DNA of 64,000 bases, taken from contig QPMI01000089.1 in NCBI GenBank assembly GCA_004431415.1, forward strand, positions 248,001-312,000, given 5' to 3'. This document shows, one piece after another, positions 48,306 through 60,619 of the stretch. A program made the position numbers and the translations under genes. The stretch is from Cyanophora paradoxa CCMP329 (lineage: Eukaryota > Plantae > Glaucophyta). How positions within the stretch are numbered: the stretch's first letter is position 1; each line of letters begins with the position of its first letter. Below the pieces are notes generated by a model. The model was not told the origin of the DNA and made no database searches. It saw nothing but the letters and a program-made list of their open reading frames with translations.

Positions 48306-51091
48306 ATGAAGGCTAGGCCAAGGCAGACGCTGCACACGCTCGCCCTAGCGAGGCTGCTATCGACCGGCAGGCTATTTAGTGATGTCTCGTTCGCCCTGCG
48401 GCCATACGAATCGCATCTCCTTGAGCGCGTCTGCGAGCCCAGCCTCCAAGCCGATGTCATCGCGTCCAAGCTCGTTCAGGTGCGGCGGTCCTCGAGGTCG
48501 TCGTCGTACGCGCCGGGGCGGGGCCCACGCGGCGGACGCGGTCGCTCGCCGTTTCAGCGCCAGCAGCGTCACGGCCCAAGCGTGCCGGGAGGTCCCTAGC
48601 GACCGCGCGCATCGTAGCTGCATGGCCCTAGCGTCTTGTCCCGTGACGCAGCGTTCGCAGGAAGCGGCAGCGCGCCACGCCGAGGCACATGCCGGCTCGC
48701 TGCCCGACTCGCTGGCGCTAGCGCGGCGGCACTACGAGCGAATCGCCTCGCGCCCGTCGGTGCTCGCGATTCGACTCCTCGGATACGTCCTGCGCAAGGT
48801 CGCCCCGCTCCTCTCCCGCCTTTATAACGCGTTCGAATTCGGCGCCGCGCTCACCAGCGTTCGAATTTAGGTCTGGCGCCTCCTTTTCAAGCAGAGCGGC
48901 GTGTCGGTGAACCTGCCCTCGCTGCGCGCGGTTGTCGAGGCGGCGCGGGAGCGGCCGGGCGTGCCGCTGGTCCTCGTACCCTGCCACAGATCACACGCCG
49001 ACTACCTCCTCCTTTCCTTCGTTCTCTTCCAGTACGGCATCACCGTACCCCTCATCGCCGCCGGCGACAACCTCGCGGCGAGCCCCTACCCCCTCCCCCC
49101 TCTCCCCTCCCCGCCCGCCGCCGCCGCCGCTGCCGCCGCTGACGCGCGCGAAGGTGCCTCCCTTTGGAGCGCTGTTCCGTCGAACGGGCGCATTCTTCGT
49201 GCGGCGGGCGGCGGCCGCGGCCGCGGCCGAGGCGCAGGCGCATGCTCCGGGCCCGCTTCAGGCCGAGCGCGCCCTCTACAACGCCGTGCTGGCCGCCTAC
49301 GTCCGCGGCGCGGCCGCCCGGGGGGCTACCCTCGAGTTCTTCATCGAGGGGGGTAGGAGCCGGCTCGGGTCCATGCTACCCCCCAAGCTTGGCCTGCTCT
49401 CCGCCCTTACGGACGCTGCCCTGGGCCCCGCCTCTCCGGCCGGGGTACCCAGGCCCAGGCCCTCCCCCTCTTCCTCCCCCCCCGCTTCGTTCTCCCGCCC
49501 CGCCGGCTCTCCCCTCTCCTCCCGGCCCCCCTCCTCCGGCTCCGGCCTCTCCGACATGGCGGGCCCCTCCGCCCCCTCCGCCCCCTCCGCCGACCCCCTG
49601 GCCGCCCCGGACCTGCTCCTCGTACCCGTCTCCCTTCAGTACGAGCGCTGCCCCGAGGCCGCCAGCTACGCCCTAGAGCGCCTGGGCCGTCCCAAGGTCC
49701 CCGAGTCCCTCCGCGCCTTTCTGTCTGCCGCCTGGTCCCTCCTCCGCTCCCCTGGCTTCGGCGGCGCCCACGTTCGCTTCGGCGAGCCCTTCACGCTCAG
49801 CGACTACGCCGCCGCCCGCGCCGGCGGCGGCGTCGGCCCCTTCCGTCCCTGCCCGGACGGCCCGCCCTCCCCTCCCGCATCCCCGGCCGTACCCCCCCGC
49901 CTCGGCGCACGCTCGTACCCCTCCTTTTCGGCGCTGGCGGCGGCGGGGGTACCGGGTGCGCCGGCCGCGGGGCCGGACGCGCGGCGCGCCCTCGTCCGCG
50001 ATCTCGCGTTCGACCTCACCGACCGCATCGGACGGTACCCCCCTCTTCTTCTTCCCCCCCCCCCTTTCCCGCTAAAATGTAGCGCCCCGGCCGCACGCAG
50101 GAACACACCCCTGGTGCCCGCCTCGCTGCTGGCCTTGCTCCTCCTGTGCCCGCGCGAGGGCCCCGCCCCGCCCCCCGCCCCGACGCCGGCCCTCCTTCCC
50201 CTCCACCTCCGTTGGCTCGCGGCCGAGCTCGCCGCATGCGGCGCGCCCCTCTCCGGTCCGCTCTCGCGGGCGCTGCGGAGCGCAGACGAGGCGGAGCGGG
50301 TCGCTTCCTACACCCTCGCCCTCCACTCCGATCTCCTGGAGGAACCTCTGGAAGACGGGGACGCCTCCGCGCCCCTGCGCCCCGCCCGCTCCCCGGCCGC
50401 CCGCCTCCAGCTCGCCTTCTACAGGGGGACCCTCCTAGCCTGGCTCTCCCACGACGCCCTCCTCCTCTCCGCTCTTCGCGCCGCATCATCCGCCCTCGCC
50501 GGCGCCCCCGCCGCCCCCGCCGCCGTGCTCTCCGAGGCTACCCTCCTTCGCGCCCTGGCCCCCCGGGAGCTGGCCCTGTGCCCCGCCCCCGCCGACGCCG
50601 CCGCCTGCGCCGCCGCCCTCGAGGCTTTGGTCGCCCGCGGCCTTGCGGCCCGGGATCCCTCTGGCTCCGGGTCCTTCTTTCCGGCCCCGGACCCGCCGGC
50701 CCCGGCCGGCGCCCCCTCTTTCCCCCGCCTCGCCCGCTCCCTCCTCCGCCCCGCCCTGGAGGCTTCCTTCGCGGTTCTGGACGCGGCGCGCCTGGCGGCG
50801 CGCGGGGCGGTGCCCTGCGCCTCGCTCGCCGCCCTTCGTTCGCTCGCGGCGGAGCGCGCCGAAATACTCTCCTGCATCGTCCCGGGCGCACCGCGGGCGC
50901 CCAGCCCGGGGGCGCCGGCCCCGGAGCCCCTGCCCGCGCTGGGCCCCGAGGCGGCGGCCACGGACGGCATCGACGCCGCCATCCGATGGCTCGTGGGCGA
51001 GGGTCTGCTGCGGGACGCCCCGCCCCTCTCCGCCCCGGACCCGGCCGCCCTCGCCGCCCTCGCCGCCCGCGTCAGGGCGCACCTCCTCTGA
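48306..51091 (+). CDS. PlsB-family glycerol-3-phosphate / dihydroxyacetone-phosphate acyltransferase
   Basis: Acyltransferase motifs I-IV: [40 protein letters not shown]|VP is joined by a GC-AG intron (49078-49153). Confidence 0.92.
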
Positions 51092-51186
51092 TGCGTTGTT
51101 TGATTAAATTAACTACCTAAGCTGGTGCTGCTGCTGCTGCTGAATGGATGTGCTAGCTACGTGAGGCTGGCCGGCGGGGCGTGGGC

Positions 51187-51941
51187 TCATGCGTTGACGA
51201 CCTGCGGCGCGGCGGGGCGGCGCCCGGGGGGCGTGAGCGAGCGGCGGCGCATGAGGCCGCGGCGCGCGGGCCGGTCCGGGCCGGGTCGCAGCACCTCGAT
51301 GCCCATCGACTTGGCGGTGCCGATGATGGAGCGGCAGATGCCCTCAAGTGGGACCTGCTGCAGGTCGTGCTCGCGCGCCTTCATGCACGCGATCTCGTAG
51401 ACCTGCTTCAGGGAGACCTTGCCAACCTGCCGCCCCCGCCCGCGTCGGAATCGGAACGCGGTCGCACCGCCGCCCGCCCGCCCGCTCGCTCGTTCGCCCG
51501 CTCGCTCGCTCGCGGCGCCCGCCCGCCCGCCCGCCGCGCACCGTCTCGTGGCCGGGCTTCGACGCGCCCTTCTCGATGCCGGCGCAGAGCTTCAGGAAGT
51601 AGGACGAGGGCGGCGCCTTCAGCTGGAAGTAGAAGGTCTTGTCCTTGAACGAGGTGAGGACGACGGGCATCACGACGCCGTCCTGCGCCGCGCTTGGTCG
51701 CGGCGGCGGCGCGGCGGAGCGGCACCGCGCGGCGGACCTTGATGGGCTTGCTGCGCTCGTTGAACGCTTTGCAGAACTCCATGAGGTTGAGGCCCTGCTG
51801 CCCGAGCACGGGGCCGACGGGCGGCGCGGGCGCGGCCTTGCCGGCGGGGATCCGCATCCGAAGGATAGCGTTCACGAGCCTCGGCCCCTTGCCGGCGACC
51901 GCCCCGGCGACCGCCCCGGCGGCCTTGCCAGCCTTCGACAT
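51187..51941 (-). CDS. MRPL11: Mitochondrial-type ribosomal protein uL11m
   Basis: [47 protein letters not shown]|[24 protein letters not shown]|VV; 4 exons. Confidence 0.92.
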
Positions 51942-52290
51942 GGCGCTCGCGAACTGCTGTACCCCCGAGGCGCTCGCTCCCCCCAAAAGCATCCCAGCGG
52001 GCATGCGCACCGATGCATATGCGTGCATGATCATGAGCTCTACGTGCTCTCCTCTCCGGGCCCACGCCCAGCAGATTATTCTAATCAGTACCGGGCTCGC
52101 AGCTAGCTTCGAATTCGCAGCCCTAGTACTAGTAGCGGTCGCGTTCACATTCGGAGCGCGGCCTAGACGCGAGCAAGAGGGCCGGCGCGGAGAGAGTTCA
52201 AAAAAGGTTTCGACTACAGGTTACAGAGCTAAGAGGCAATGCCGGGGGCTTGCATGGACACAGAGAAGCTCAGGGGCGGCGGGGCGGGCG

Positions 52291-55200
52291 CTAGCGCCGG
52301 CCGCGGAGCTCGTCCAAGTGGCGCCGGATGATGGCGAGCTGGACCTTGGGGTGAACGTTCAGCTGGTCGGCCGTCAGGGCGAGGCTGTCGCGGTCGATGG
52401 GCGACGTGTAGCGGCCCGTCGTCAGCCGCAGCTTCTTGTGGTCCTGATAGTCGTACAGCGCGTAGAAGGCCGCGACCGGCAGCGAGTACGGGCTGCGCGG
52501 GATCGGATCAGATCAGAGCAAGGTAAGGTCGGGGGGGGGGTACGGTAAATACCAGACGACGCAGAAGGAGAGGATGATGCAGTTGATGGCGAGGCTCTTG
52601 ACGGCCTCGGAGCCGCGGTTGAGGCACTCCCAGTGGACGAAGGGCATGAACGGCAGCGCGATGAGGTCGAACGGGGGCGGAAGCAGCTGTGGCGTGGCTC
52701 GCTCAGCGAACAAAGCGGAGCGCAGGAAAGCAGAAGAAGAGAGCGCACGTCGGCCTCGTCGATTGCGGTGAAGGAGATGGTGAGGGTGACGAAGCCCATG
52801 CGCCACTCGCCCTCCTTCTGGGAGTTGGCCCGCGAGTACGAGTCGTTGAGCAGCGCGATGAGCAGGTTCAGCAGGATCACCTGCGCGAGCGGGCGGGGGC
52901 GTCAGAATCAGATCGAGGGAGGCGGGCGAGGAGGAGATAGAGCGACAGGTTTTTGGGCAAGAAAGGCAGTGCCTCCTCTAGCCGCCCCGGACGGATGGTT
53001 CTACGAATTGCTGGGCGCACGAGGCAGGTGAGGAGGTAGAGGGAGAGAAGGAGGTTCCCGAAGATAGGCGTGACGTCGTTGGAGAAGGAGAAGTTGTGGT
53101 CGCCGAAGATGCCCTTGGAGAGCTCCTGCAGCACCGCGAAGAAGTTGAGGCGCCCCTGCGCGAAGGAGGAGGAGGAGGAGGTCAGGGGGCGCCGCTGCCG
53201 CCGCTGCGCGGGGCCCGCTCGAGAAGAAGAAGAAGCCAGCGCGCACCTGCCCGTTCACGGCGATGCCCTGGCTGAAGCCGATCATGACGAGGCCCAGGAT
53301 GATGATGAACGCCGGCGCGTCGCTGACCATCTGCGGCGAGCGAGCTTGTGAGCGAGCTGGCGAGGAGGGCGAAGCGGGCTAGCAAGCAGCTGAAGGCCGT
53401 AAAGGTCGCAAGCAGCTAAAGGTCTAAAGGCAGCTAGGAAGCAGCTAGAAGCTGGCTGGCTGGATGGCCAGCAAGCAGCCAAGGCCGTACCTGGCGGATG
53501 GTAGCCAGGAAGAATCCGAAGCGCTGGAGCATGGCGAAGGTGTTGAGGCAGTGGACCCAGAGGACGACGGCGTTCAGCGACAGGATCTCGTAGGAGAGCT
53601 TGATGAGCGTCGCGGCCTGGTCCTTGTAGTAGAGGGCGAGGCCCCGCGTGACGAAGGACGAGGCGAAGACGCCGATGGAGAACAGGACGAAGAGGTTCCA
53701 GACGTTAGAGAGGTAGCGGTTCTCGCTCCACTGCTGCTTGAACTTCTGGTACTCGTTCAGCGAGAAGCCGATCACGAACCACACCAGCAGGATCTCTGCG
53801 CGCCCGCGTTCGTTCGAAGGGAAAGGAAGGACGCAAGGGCGAGAGAGAGAGAGCGAGGGCGGACCCGGGATGCCTATGGTATTCGACTGGTGGTTGATCA
53901 CTGCGGGGCGGGGCGGCCGGCCGGTCGGCAAGCTGTGGGCAGGGCGCCCAAGGCGGGCCGGGCGTTGCGGTGCGGCAGACTGCGGACCGATGGTGTATAG
54001 GGAGAGGATCATAAAGTGGGAGATGGTCTCCATGAGCCATTGGAATCGCGGCACCTGCGCGGCGGGCGGGCAGTTGTTGGCGGCAGGCCGCAAAGGGTCC
54101 GCGGGGCGGGGCGGGGGCGGGGCGGGGCGGGGCGGGCGAGCCTTGAGGAGGTTCCGGAGGGCGAGTGGCCCGGAGAGGAGCACGTTGCGCTCCTTGAGGC
54201 GCTGGTCGAAGGTGATCACGTTGTCGAAGGCGCCCTCGTTCGAGTGGTGGATGTTGCCCCGCCATATGTGCTCGATCACCGACGTCACTGCGCGCGCCGA
54301 TCAGGTCGGGTCGCTGTGCTTTGGAGAGGGGCGGGGGCAGGCGCGCGCGAGCGCACCCCGCATGTTGGACATGAAGCGCTTGCAGCCGGCCGCTATCGCC
54401 TGCTCCATCCTGCGGCCGGGCGTGGGCGGGGGCGGGGGCGCAGGAACGGGGAGGGGACGCGGGGCTCACGTCGTGGTATCCTCGTTCCAGTTCTGCGGAG
54501 GGGTACGCGCTTGAGCGGGGGGGAGGGGGTGGGGGGAGGGGACATGGGGGCCTACGTTGTTAAGCACATCCGTCATGACCTGAAGAGGGGGCGGGGCGTG
54601 AGTGGGGGGCGGGGCGGGGCGGGGCGAGGCGCGCAGGGGGGTACACCTTCACGTGCGCGAAGTGGAGCTGGTTCGGGAACTCGGGGTCGGCGATCTCGCT
54701 CTCGTTGTAGATGAGGCCGTGGGCGTGCCGGAACTGCTCGCGGGCCTCGGGCGACGTGAACGGGTTCGGGCCGAAGGCCTCCGTGATGAACTGTCCAGAG
54801 TCGGAGGAGCCCGAATCAGCAACAACGCGAACGGGCCGGCGGCGGCGGCGGCATTCGGAGCTAGAGGGCGCGGCGGGCGTCCAGCGCACCGGCTCCGTGT
54901 AGAAGAGCTGCAAACGCGGCGGGCCGATGTCAGCAAGCTCAGCGGGTTGCGAAAACTCGTTTTGGGTGTGCCTCACGTACCCCGAGCAAGTCGATGGCAA
55001 GCTGTTCGGCTAGCATATACCTGTTACGCAGGTAAAGTAAGAGCGCACTCGAGCGGCATCGTCACCGGGCAACGTTCCCGTGCAGGGCACCCAGATAGCT
55101 AAACAGCCAGCACACACCTGTACTGGAGTAGGTTCTTCTGCCAGGTAGCGATTTTGATCTCCTCCTCGTACGACGCGCAGACCGAAAGCGCAGCGAACAC

Positions 55201-55765
55201 TGTCGCGTTCCGAACCTGTGGGGAGGGGCGTTGTCAGAGCGGCAGCGCCGCCGTTGCACATGCCATGCAGCCGCAGGCCGGGGCGTGCCATAGGATCGTG
55301 ATTGAAGATCTTCATCACCACGGCGGGCGGCACGATGACATCTGCGGGGAAAAGCGAGGGCTCAGACCGTGCAACGGCTGCGATGTGTAGCTCCGGCTTG
55401 TCCGCGGCGAACTGCGCACCTTGGTCCGTCGCCACGATCTGGTTGAACTCATTCGGGATCTTCAAAGCGTCGAGCTCACGCCGAACGACGTCGATGAGCG
55501 CGGCCACCCTGTCCATCAGCTGGCGGGCCTGCGGGCCCTGCCTCTGCGACTTGTTGCTGCTGCTCCCGCTGCTCTGAAGCAGCGAAGGGTTCGGTAGAGA
55601 CGCAGGATAGGCGCCCGGGCCGCCTGTGAAGCGAGTCAGTTTGATTCCGCGGTGATGGCCGAAGCATCTCCGAAGCGCGGCGCGACACCGGCATTGCTCA
55701 CCGGGCGGTGGTCCGAGCTGGCGATACGGCCCAGGATACAGCTGAACGCCATTTGATGGCCTCAT
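52291..55765 (-). CDS. TRP cation channel, Yvc1/TRPY-like
   Basis: EQAIAAGCKRFMSN..VIEHIWRGNI, LK|VPRFQ, YLSNVWNLF, FGFFLATIRQ|MVSD, ILLNLLIALLNDSY, LLPPPFDLI. Six TM-like segments, stop at 52291; the start is approximate. Confidence 0.85.
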
Positions 55766-56294
55766 CTTGCGCCGAACGAGGAGCCCGTTCGGTCACTCCA
55801 GCGGGCTCTCAGGTCCTCCCGTTCGAAGCTGGAGCCTGGAGGCCTCCACGGCGCCGATTCCAACAGGGTCCTTGCTCTGGGGCGGGGTACACCGTCCGTG
55901 CGTAAAGGGGTGGTTGCGGAGCCTTGCTCGCAACCTTGCGGGTGCCTCGGCAGCTGCAGGCTGCAGCCACCACACTTGCAGCTGCAGCCACCACACGCCC
56001 ACACCTGCAGCGGCGGGAGGAAGCGTCTCCGCAATTTCACCGCCGTCGTGCGACTTGGCCCCGACTATTGTCGCGGCCTCTGCTCTGGCTCACGCATGAG
56101 GGTTCGGTACCGGTAGCCTGCAAGCCAACCGCATCCCCGGCAGCGAAGGCGGCTGGAGCTTTCACGGGGACGCTCTCCCAAGACTTGGGCTCAGAGCTCG
56201 GCCACGGCCTATGGATATTAGGTGTGTGAGCAAGCCCGCAGCAACGAGCAGCGGAGGCGACGCGACCTGCGCTTGAGGCGAACTACCATCACGA

Positions 56295-59200
56295 ATGGCA
56301 TCGGGCAGCAGCGGCTTCGCCCTGCTCCAGGGCAGGCCGAGCAACGCGGCGTCGTCGTTCAACGTGTCGGTAGCAGGCGGCTCAAGCACGGACGAGGCGT
56401 CGCAGCGGGGCCCCTTGAGCAAGTCGCGGGCGGGCCGGCCATCCTCCCTCTCGGGCTTCAGCATCGGGATCCGCCCCTCCGACGCGCCCGACGTGAGGGC
56501 CGTCGGCGGCGACGCGGCGGCTTCAACGGCGGTGGAAGCGCCCGCTCCGGCGCCGAACGGAAACGGCCGGCCGCGGCACGGGAGCCTCTCGGGCTCGAAG
56601 GAAGGGCCGCACGCGGCGAGCGCCGGCGGCATGAACTTCAAGCTACGGCCGATGCACCTACTGACGATCAGCCCGCGCTTCGAGGACGACGCCACCGAGG
56701 CGGCCTACGCGGCGCACCGCTCGGCGGTCGTCCTGTCGCACCTTCGGCCCGTCCTCCCGCTCATGTTCTGCTGCTTCGTCGGCCTCGCCGGCCTGGGCTT
56801 CTTCGCCATGGCGCTGCCCAGCGGCTGGGAGCGAGCCTACCGCAACCCGCACCTCGCCGAGCGAATGATGAAGGCGCGCCCGCTCCCGCGCGCGCGCTCC
56901 GCGGGCGGGCGCGCCGCGGCTCACGCGGGGCCCGCGCAGGTCGCGATCGGCAACGCCCCGGGCATCCTCACGGGTACGGGCGTCCTCATCCTCGCCTACC
57001 GGTACCCCAAGCTCTTCGGGAAACACCTGGTACCCGCCCCGCGCCAGACCTTTGCCGCCGGCCGCGCCGCCCACGCCGTCGGCAGATTCACTTGCTCCAA
57101 TTCTCGGCGACCGTCACTGCCGGCTCCACTTTCCTATCCACGGTACCCGCCATCGCCCCTCCGCCCCCCTCGCGCCCCCTGCCGCCGACGCTCGCTCGTG
57201 CCCGGCAGATCGATTTCGTGCACCCCCAGATGGTCTTCTTCCCCGTCGCGTGGGGCCTGGACCTGGGGTACAGGGGCCTGTTCGGGCTCACGCCGTACGG
57301 CTGCCTCTCCGTCCTGGGCGTGATGCTGGTGCTGGTGTGGACGGTGTACCCCTCGATCGGCATCGTGACCGAGTTCTCCGAGTACTACGGCATGGTCATC
57401 CTCGCGACGGCCGTCGTACCCATCTCAATCATCGTGACACGCGAGGAGGACCTCCGCCGCCGCAACGAGTTCGCCCGCGTGCGCTGTACCCCCCCCCGCC
57501 CGCCTTCCCTACTCTCTCCTCGCTCACGCCCCGGGGGGTACAGCACCGGCGGGACGCGGCGGAGCGGGAGGGCCTCCTGCAGCAGAACGCAGGCCTCCAG
57601 GACATGCTCCGCTCGCTCCAGGTGAGAGGGCGCCCGGGGGGTACAGCGCCGGCTCGAGCAGGGGCGAACTCGGGCGTGCGGCGTGCGCAGGTGAAGGGGG
57701 AGGAGGGGAAGGGCGTCGACCTAAACTCGCCCCTCACGAAGGCCGTCGACACGCTCGTCGCCCTCCGCTGCGACCCCCGTGCGCTGTACCCCCGGCCCCG
57801 TCCCGCCCCCGCCCCTGCGCTAAGGCGCGCAGGCCTGGCGTCCCTGTGCGAGTGGGCTCCCGCCATGATCGACGACGCCGTATCCCACCTCCTCGCCTCC
57901 GGATCCATGTACCCCCCTCCCTTTCCCCCCCCCTCTCCCTCCCCCCTCCGACCCCCCCGGCAGAGTGCTGCCGGACTTCTCTCAGCAGGTTCGGGAGGGT
58001 ACACTGCAGCTGGACCGCGACGTCGGCCGCTGGCTCTTCTCCGAGGCGCGCCCGCCCGTACCCCCCGAGGGCTTCCCCCCCCCACCCTTTTTCCTTACCC
58101 CGGCCGCAGATCGTCCCGGGGCAGCAGGAGGCGGCCGGTGACTTTGGGGCCGGCTCGGCCCACGGCTCTGCCCGCGGCCGCGGCCCCGGCCCCGGCCCCG
58201 GCCCCAGCGGCGGCGGCGGCGGCGGCGCGGGCTCCGACACGGGCGCCGTGACGGACCTCGGCGGGGCCCCCTCGGCCGCCCCCTCCGGCGCCGGGCGGGA
58301 CACCCCCGGCCCCTTCGCCGCCGTCGCCGTCGGCGGCGGGGTACGCTCCTCGAAGGTCCTGGCCCCGGAGCCGGTGCCGTACCCCCTGGCGGACGCGGTG
58401 GAGGGCGAGGCCCTGCGGCTCGCCAGCCTGCTGCCCCACTGGGAGGAGGGCGACCTCCGCGTGGTCGACGCCGCGACGGGCGGCGCGCCCCTGCTCGCCG
58501 TCTGTATGGCCGCCGCCCGCGAGTCCGGCCTCCTCCAGCGCCTCGGCGTACCCCCCGACAAGTTCGCCGCCTTCATCTCCGCCGTCGAGGGGGGGTACCA
58601 GGCGAACCCCTACCACAACAGGTGCCCGGGGGTAGCACCGCGTGCGCGCGGCGGGCCGCTGACCGGCCGGGGCGCGGCAGGGCGCACGCGGCGGACGTCA
58701 CGCGGAGCATGGCCTTTCTCCTCACCGGTACCCCCCGCTCCTCTCCCCCCCCCCTCTCAAGCTGAAGCCGGGGCAGGGGGCGGCCTCTCGGCGCACCTTT
58801 CCGACGTCGACCGCCTCGCCGCCATCGTCGCATGCGCCGTCCACGGTCCGCCCGCCTCCCTCTGTTCCCCGGGCAGACCCGCCCCGCGCTCGCTCACCCT
58901 TATCTCGTTCCGCTAGACTACGAGCACCCGGGGTACAACAACAACTTCCTCTGCGCGACGTCAGCCCCCCTCGCCATCCTCTACAACGACCGTGCGCGCC
59001 GCTACCCCCCGCCCCCCTCCCCCCGGGGGGTACGCAGCACGCGCCAGCGGCCTCACACGGGGGTACAGGGAGCCCGCTGGAGTCGCACCACGTGGCGGGT
59101 GCGCCCCTCCCCTTCCCCTCTGCTTTCGCTCCGGTCTTTACATCGAACTAATTCGTTCCTCCTCCGCACAGGGAGCTGGAAGCTGCTGCGGAACTCGGCA

Positions 59201-60619
59201 TACGACTTCCTATCGGCCCTGCCGAAGGCGGCCCGCAAGGAGCTCCGCCGCACGGTCATCGACATGGTCCTCGCTACGGACATGGCGCGTGTACCCCCCC
59301 CGTCCCCCTCTCTTAGCTTCGCCTCCGCCGCTTACTTACGCCCGAAACTTCAGGCGCAGCACTTCGAGATCCTTGGAAACTTCAGAAAGCGAGCTGCCGC
59401 GGGGTTCCTCCCGCCCGGGGCCGAGCAGACGGCCCAGCAGCGGATGAAGGCGGCCCAGGCACGCGAGGGGCCCGACTCGCACCGCTCCGGCGGCGTCTCG
59501 GGCGCCGGCGCGGGGCCGAGCCCCAATGCCCGCCGCGGCTCCGACTCGAGCAACGGCGGCGGCCGCAACTGGCCGACGCCGCCCCCGCCCCACGCGCCCT
59601 CCTCCGAGCTCCTCCCGCCGTCTCCTATGGGCCGGACCGGCGGGGGGCGGGGCACGCCGGACCTGCCGGACCGGGCGCCGCTGGGGCGGTCGGGCCTGCT
59701 TGCGCGGCAGGGCTCGTTCGTACGGGACGTGCGCGAGGGGCGGGCGCGCCCCATGGCCGAGCTGCCGGAGCCCGTGCCCGAGAACGAGGCGCCCCCGCTC
59801 CCGCCCTTCAACCAGCTGCAGGCCGAGGACCGGCGCCTCATCCTCGCCGTGGCGATCAAGGCCTGCGACATCGGGCACGCCGCCAAGCCCCGCGTCCTCC
59901 ACACGGCGTGGTCCAAGGCAATCCAGTGCGCACGTACCCCCCCCTTTCTTTCTTTTCATCGTACCCGGCCGAGCGAGCGACCCGGCTCGAACCCGAAGGG
60001 AGGAGTTCTTCGCCCAGGGCGACCGCGAGAAGGCCCTCGGGCTCGACGTATCCCCCTTCAGTGCGCCCGCGACCGCACCCCCCCCCAAAAAAAAACGTCC
60101 CTGATCCATGTACCCCCCATCGCAGTGGACCGGAGCGTCTCCAACTTCCCCAAGAGCCAGGCGAGCCTGCGGCCCCGTCTCGCCTCTTCCCCCCCTCCCA
60201 CCTCCCCGTGACTCACGGCCGGGGGGGTACGGCAGATCGGGTTCCTGGACTTCGTGGCGCTGCCCCTCTTCAAGTCGTTCGCGTCCGTCTTCCCTGCGGC
60301 GCGGGCCATCGTGGACCACGCCTCCGCCAACTACGCCCACTGGCAGCGCGAGGTCCGCGGGCTGAAGGGCCCCCCGAGGGGCGGACGGACATATGACTAA
60401 GCTAACCAAGCTCTAGCGAGAACTAGATGAGATATTCCTGACTGGGCCGGGCCCCGCTCCGCTCCGCTCTGACCGGGCGGCCGCTGCGTGCAGGCGGAGG
60501 CGATGCGGGTGGCGGCGGAGCAGCCGGCGGCGCCCCAGCCCCGCGTCAAGCCGTTCCTAGCCGAGCCCGAGTCCCCCGCCCCGCGCGCCGGGCCGGCCGC
60601 CCCCAGCCCCCAGCCTTGA
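56295..60619 (+). CDS. Class I 3',5'-cyclic nucleotide phosphodiesterase with N-terminal multi-TM region
   Basis: NPYHNRAHAADV, AVHDYEHPGYNN, YNDRSPLESHH, VLATDM, IKACDIGH, EEFFAQGDREK, KSQ|IGFLDFV. Hydrophobic helices at about 56750-57440. Confidence 0.95.

Noticed and set aside
51077-51091. Peroxisomal PTS1 on the acyltransferase
   Set aside because: The protein ends AHLL, so the last three residues (HLL) are not a PTS1. GPAT vs DHAPAT stays unresolved.
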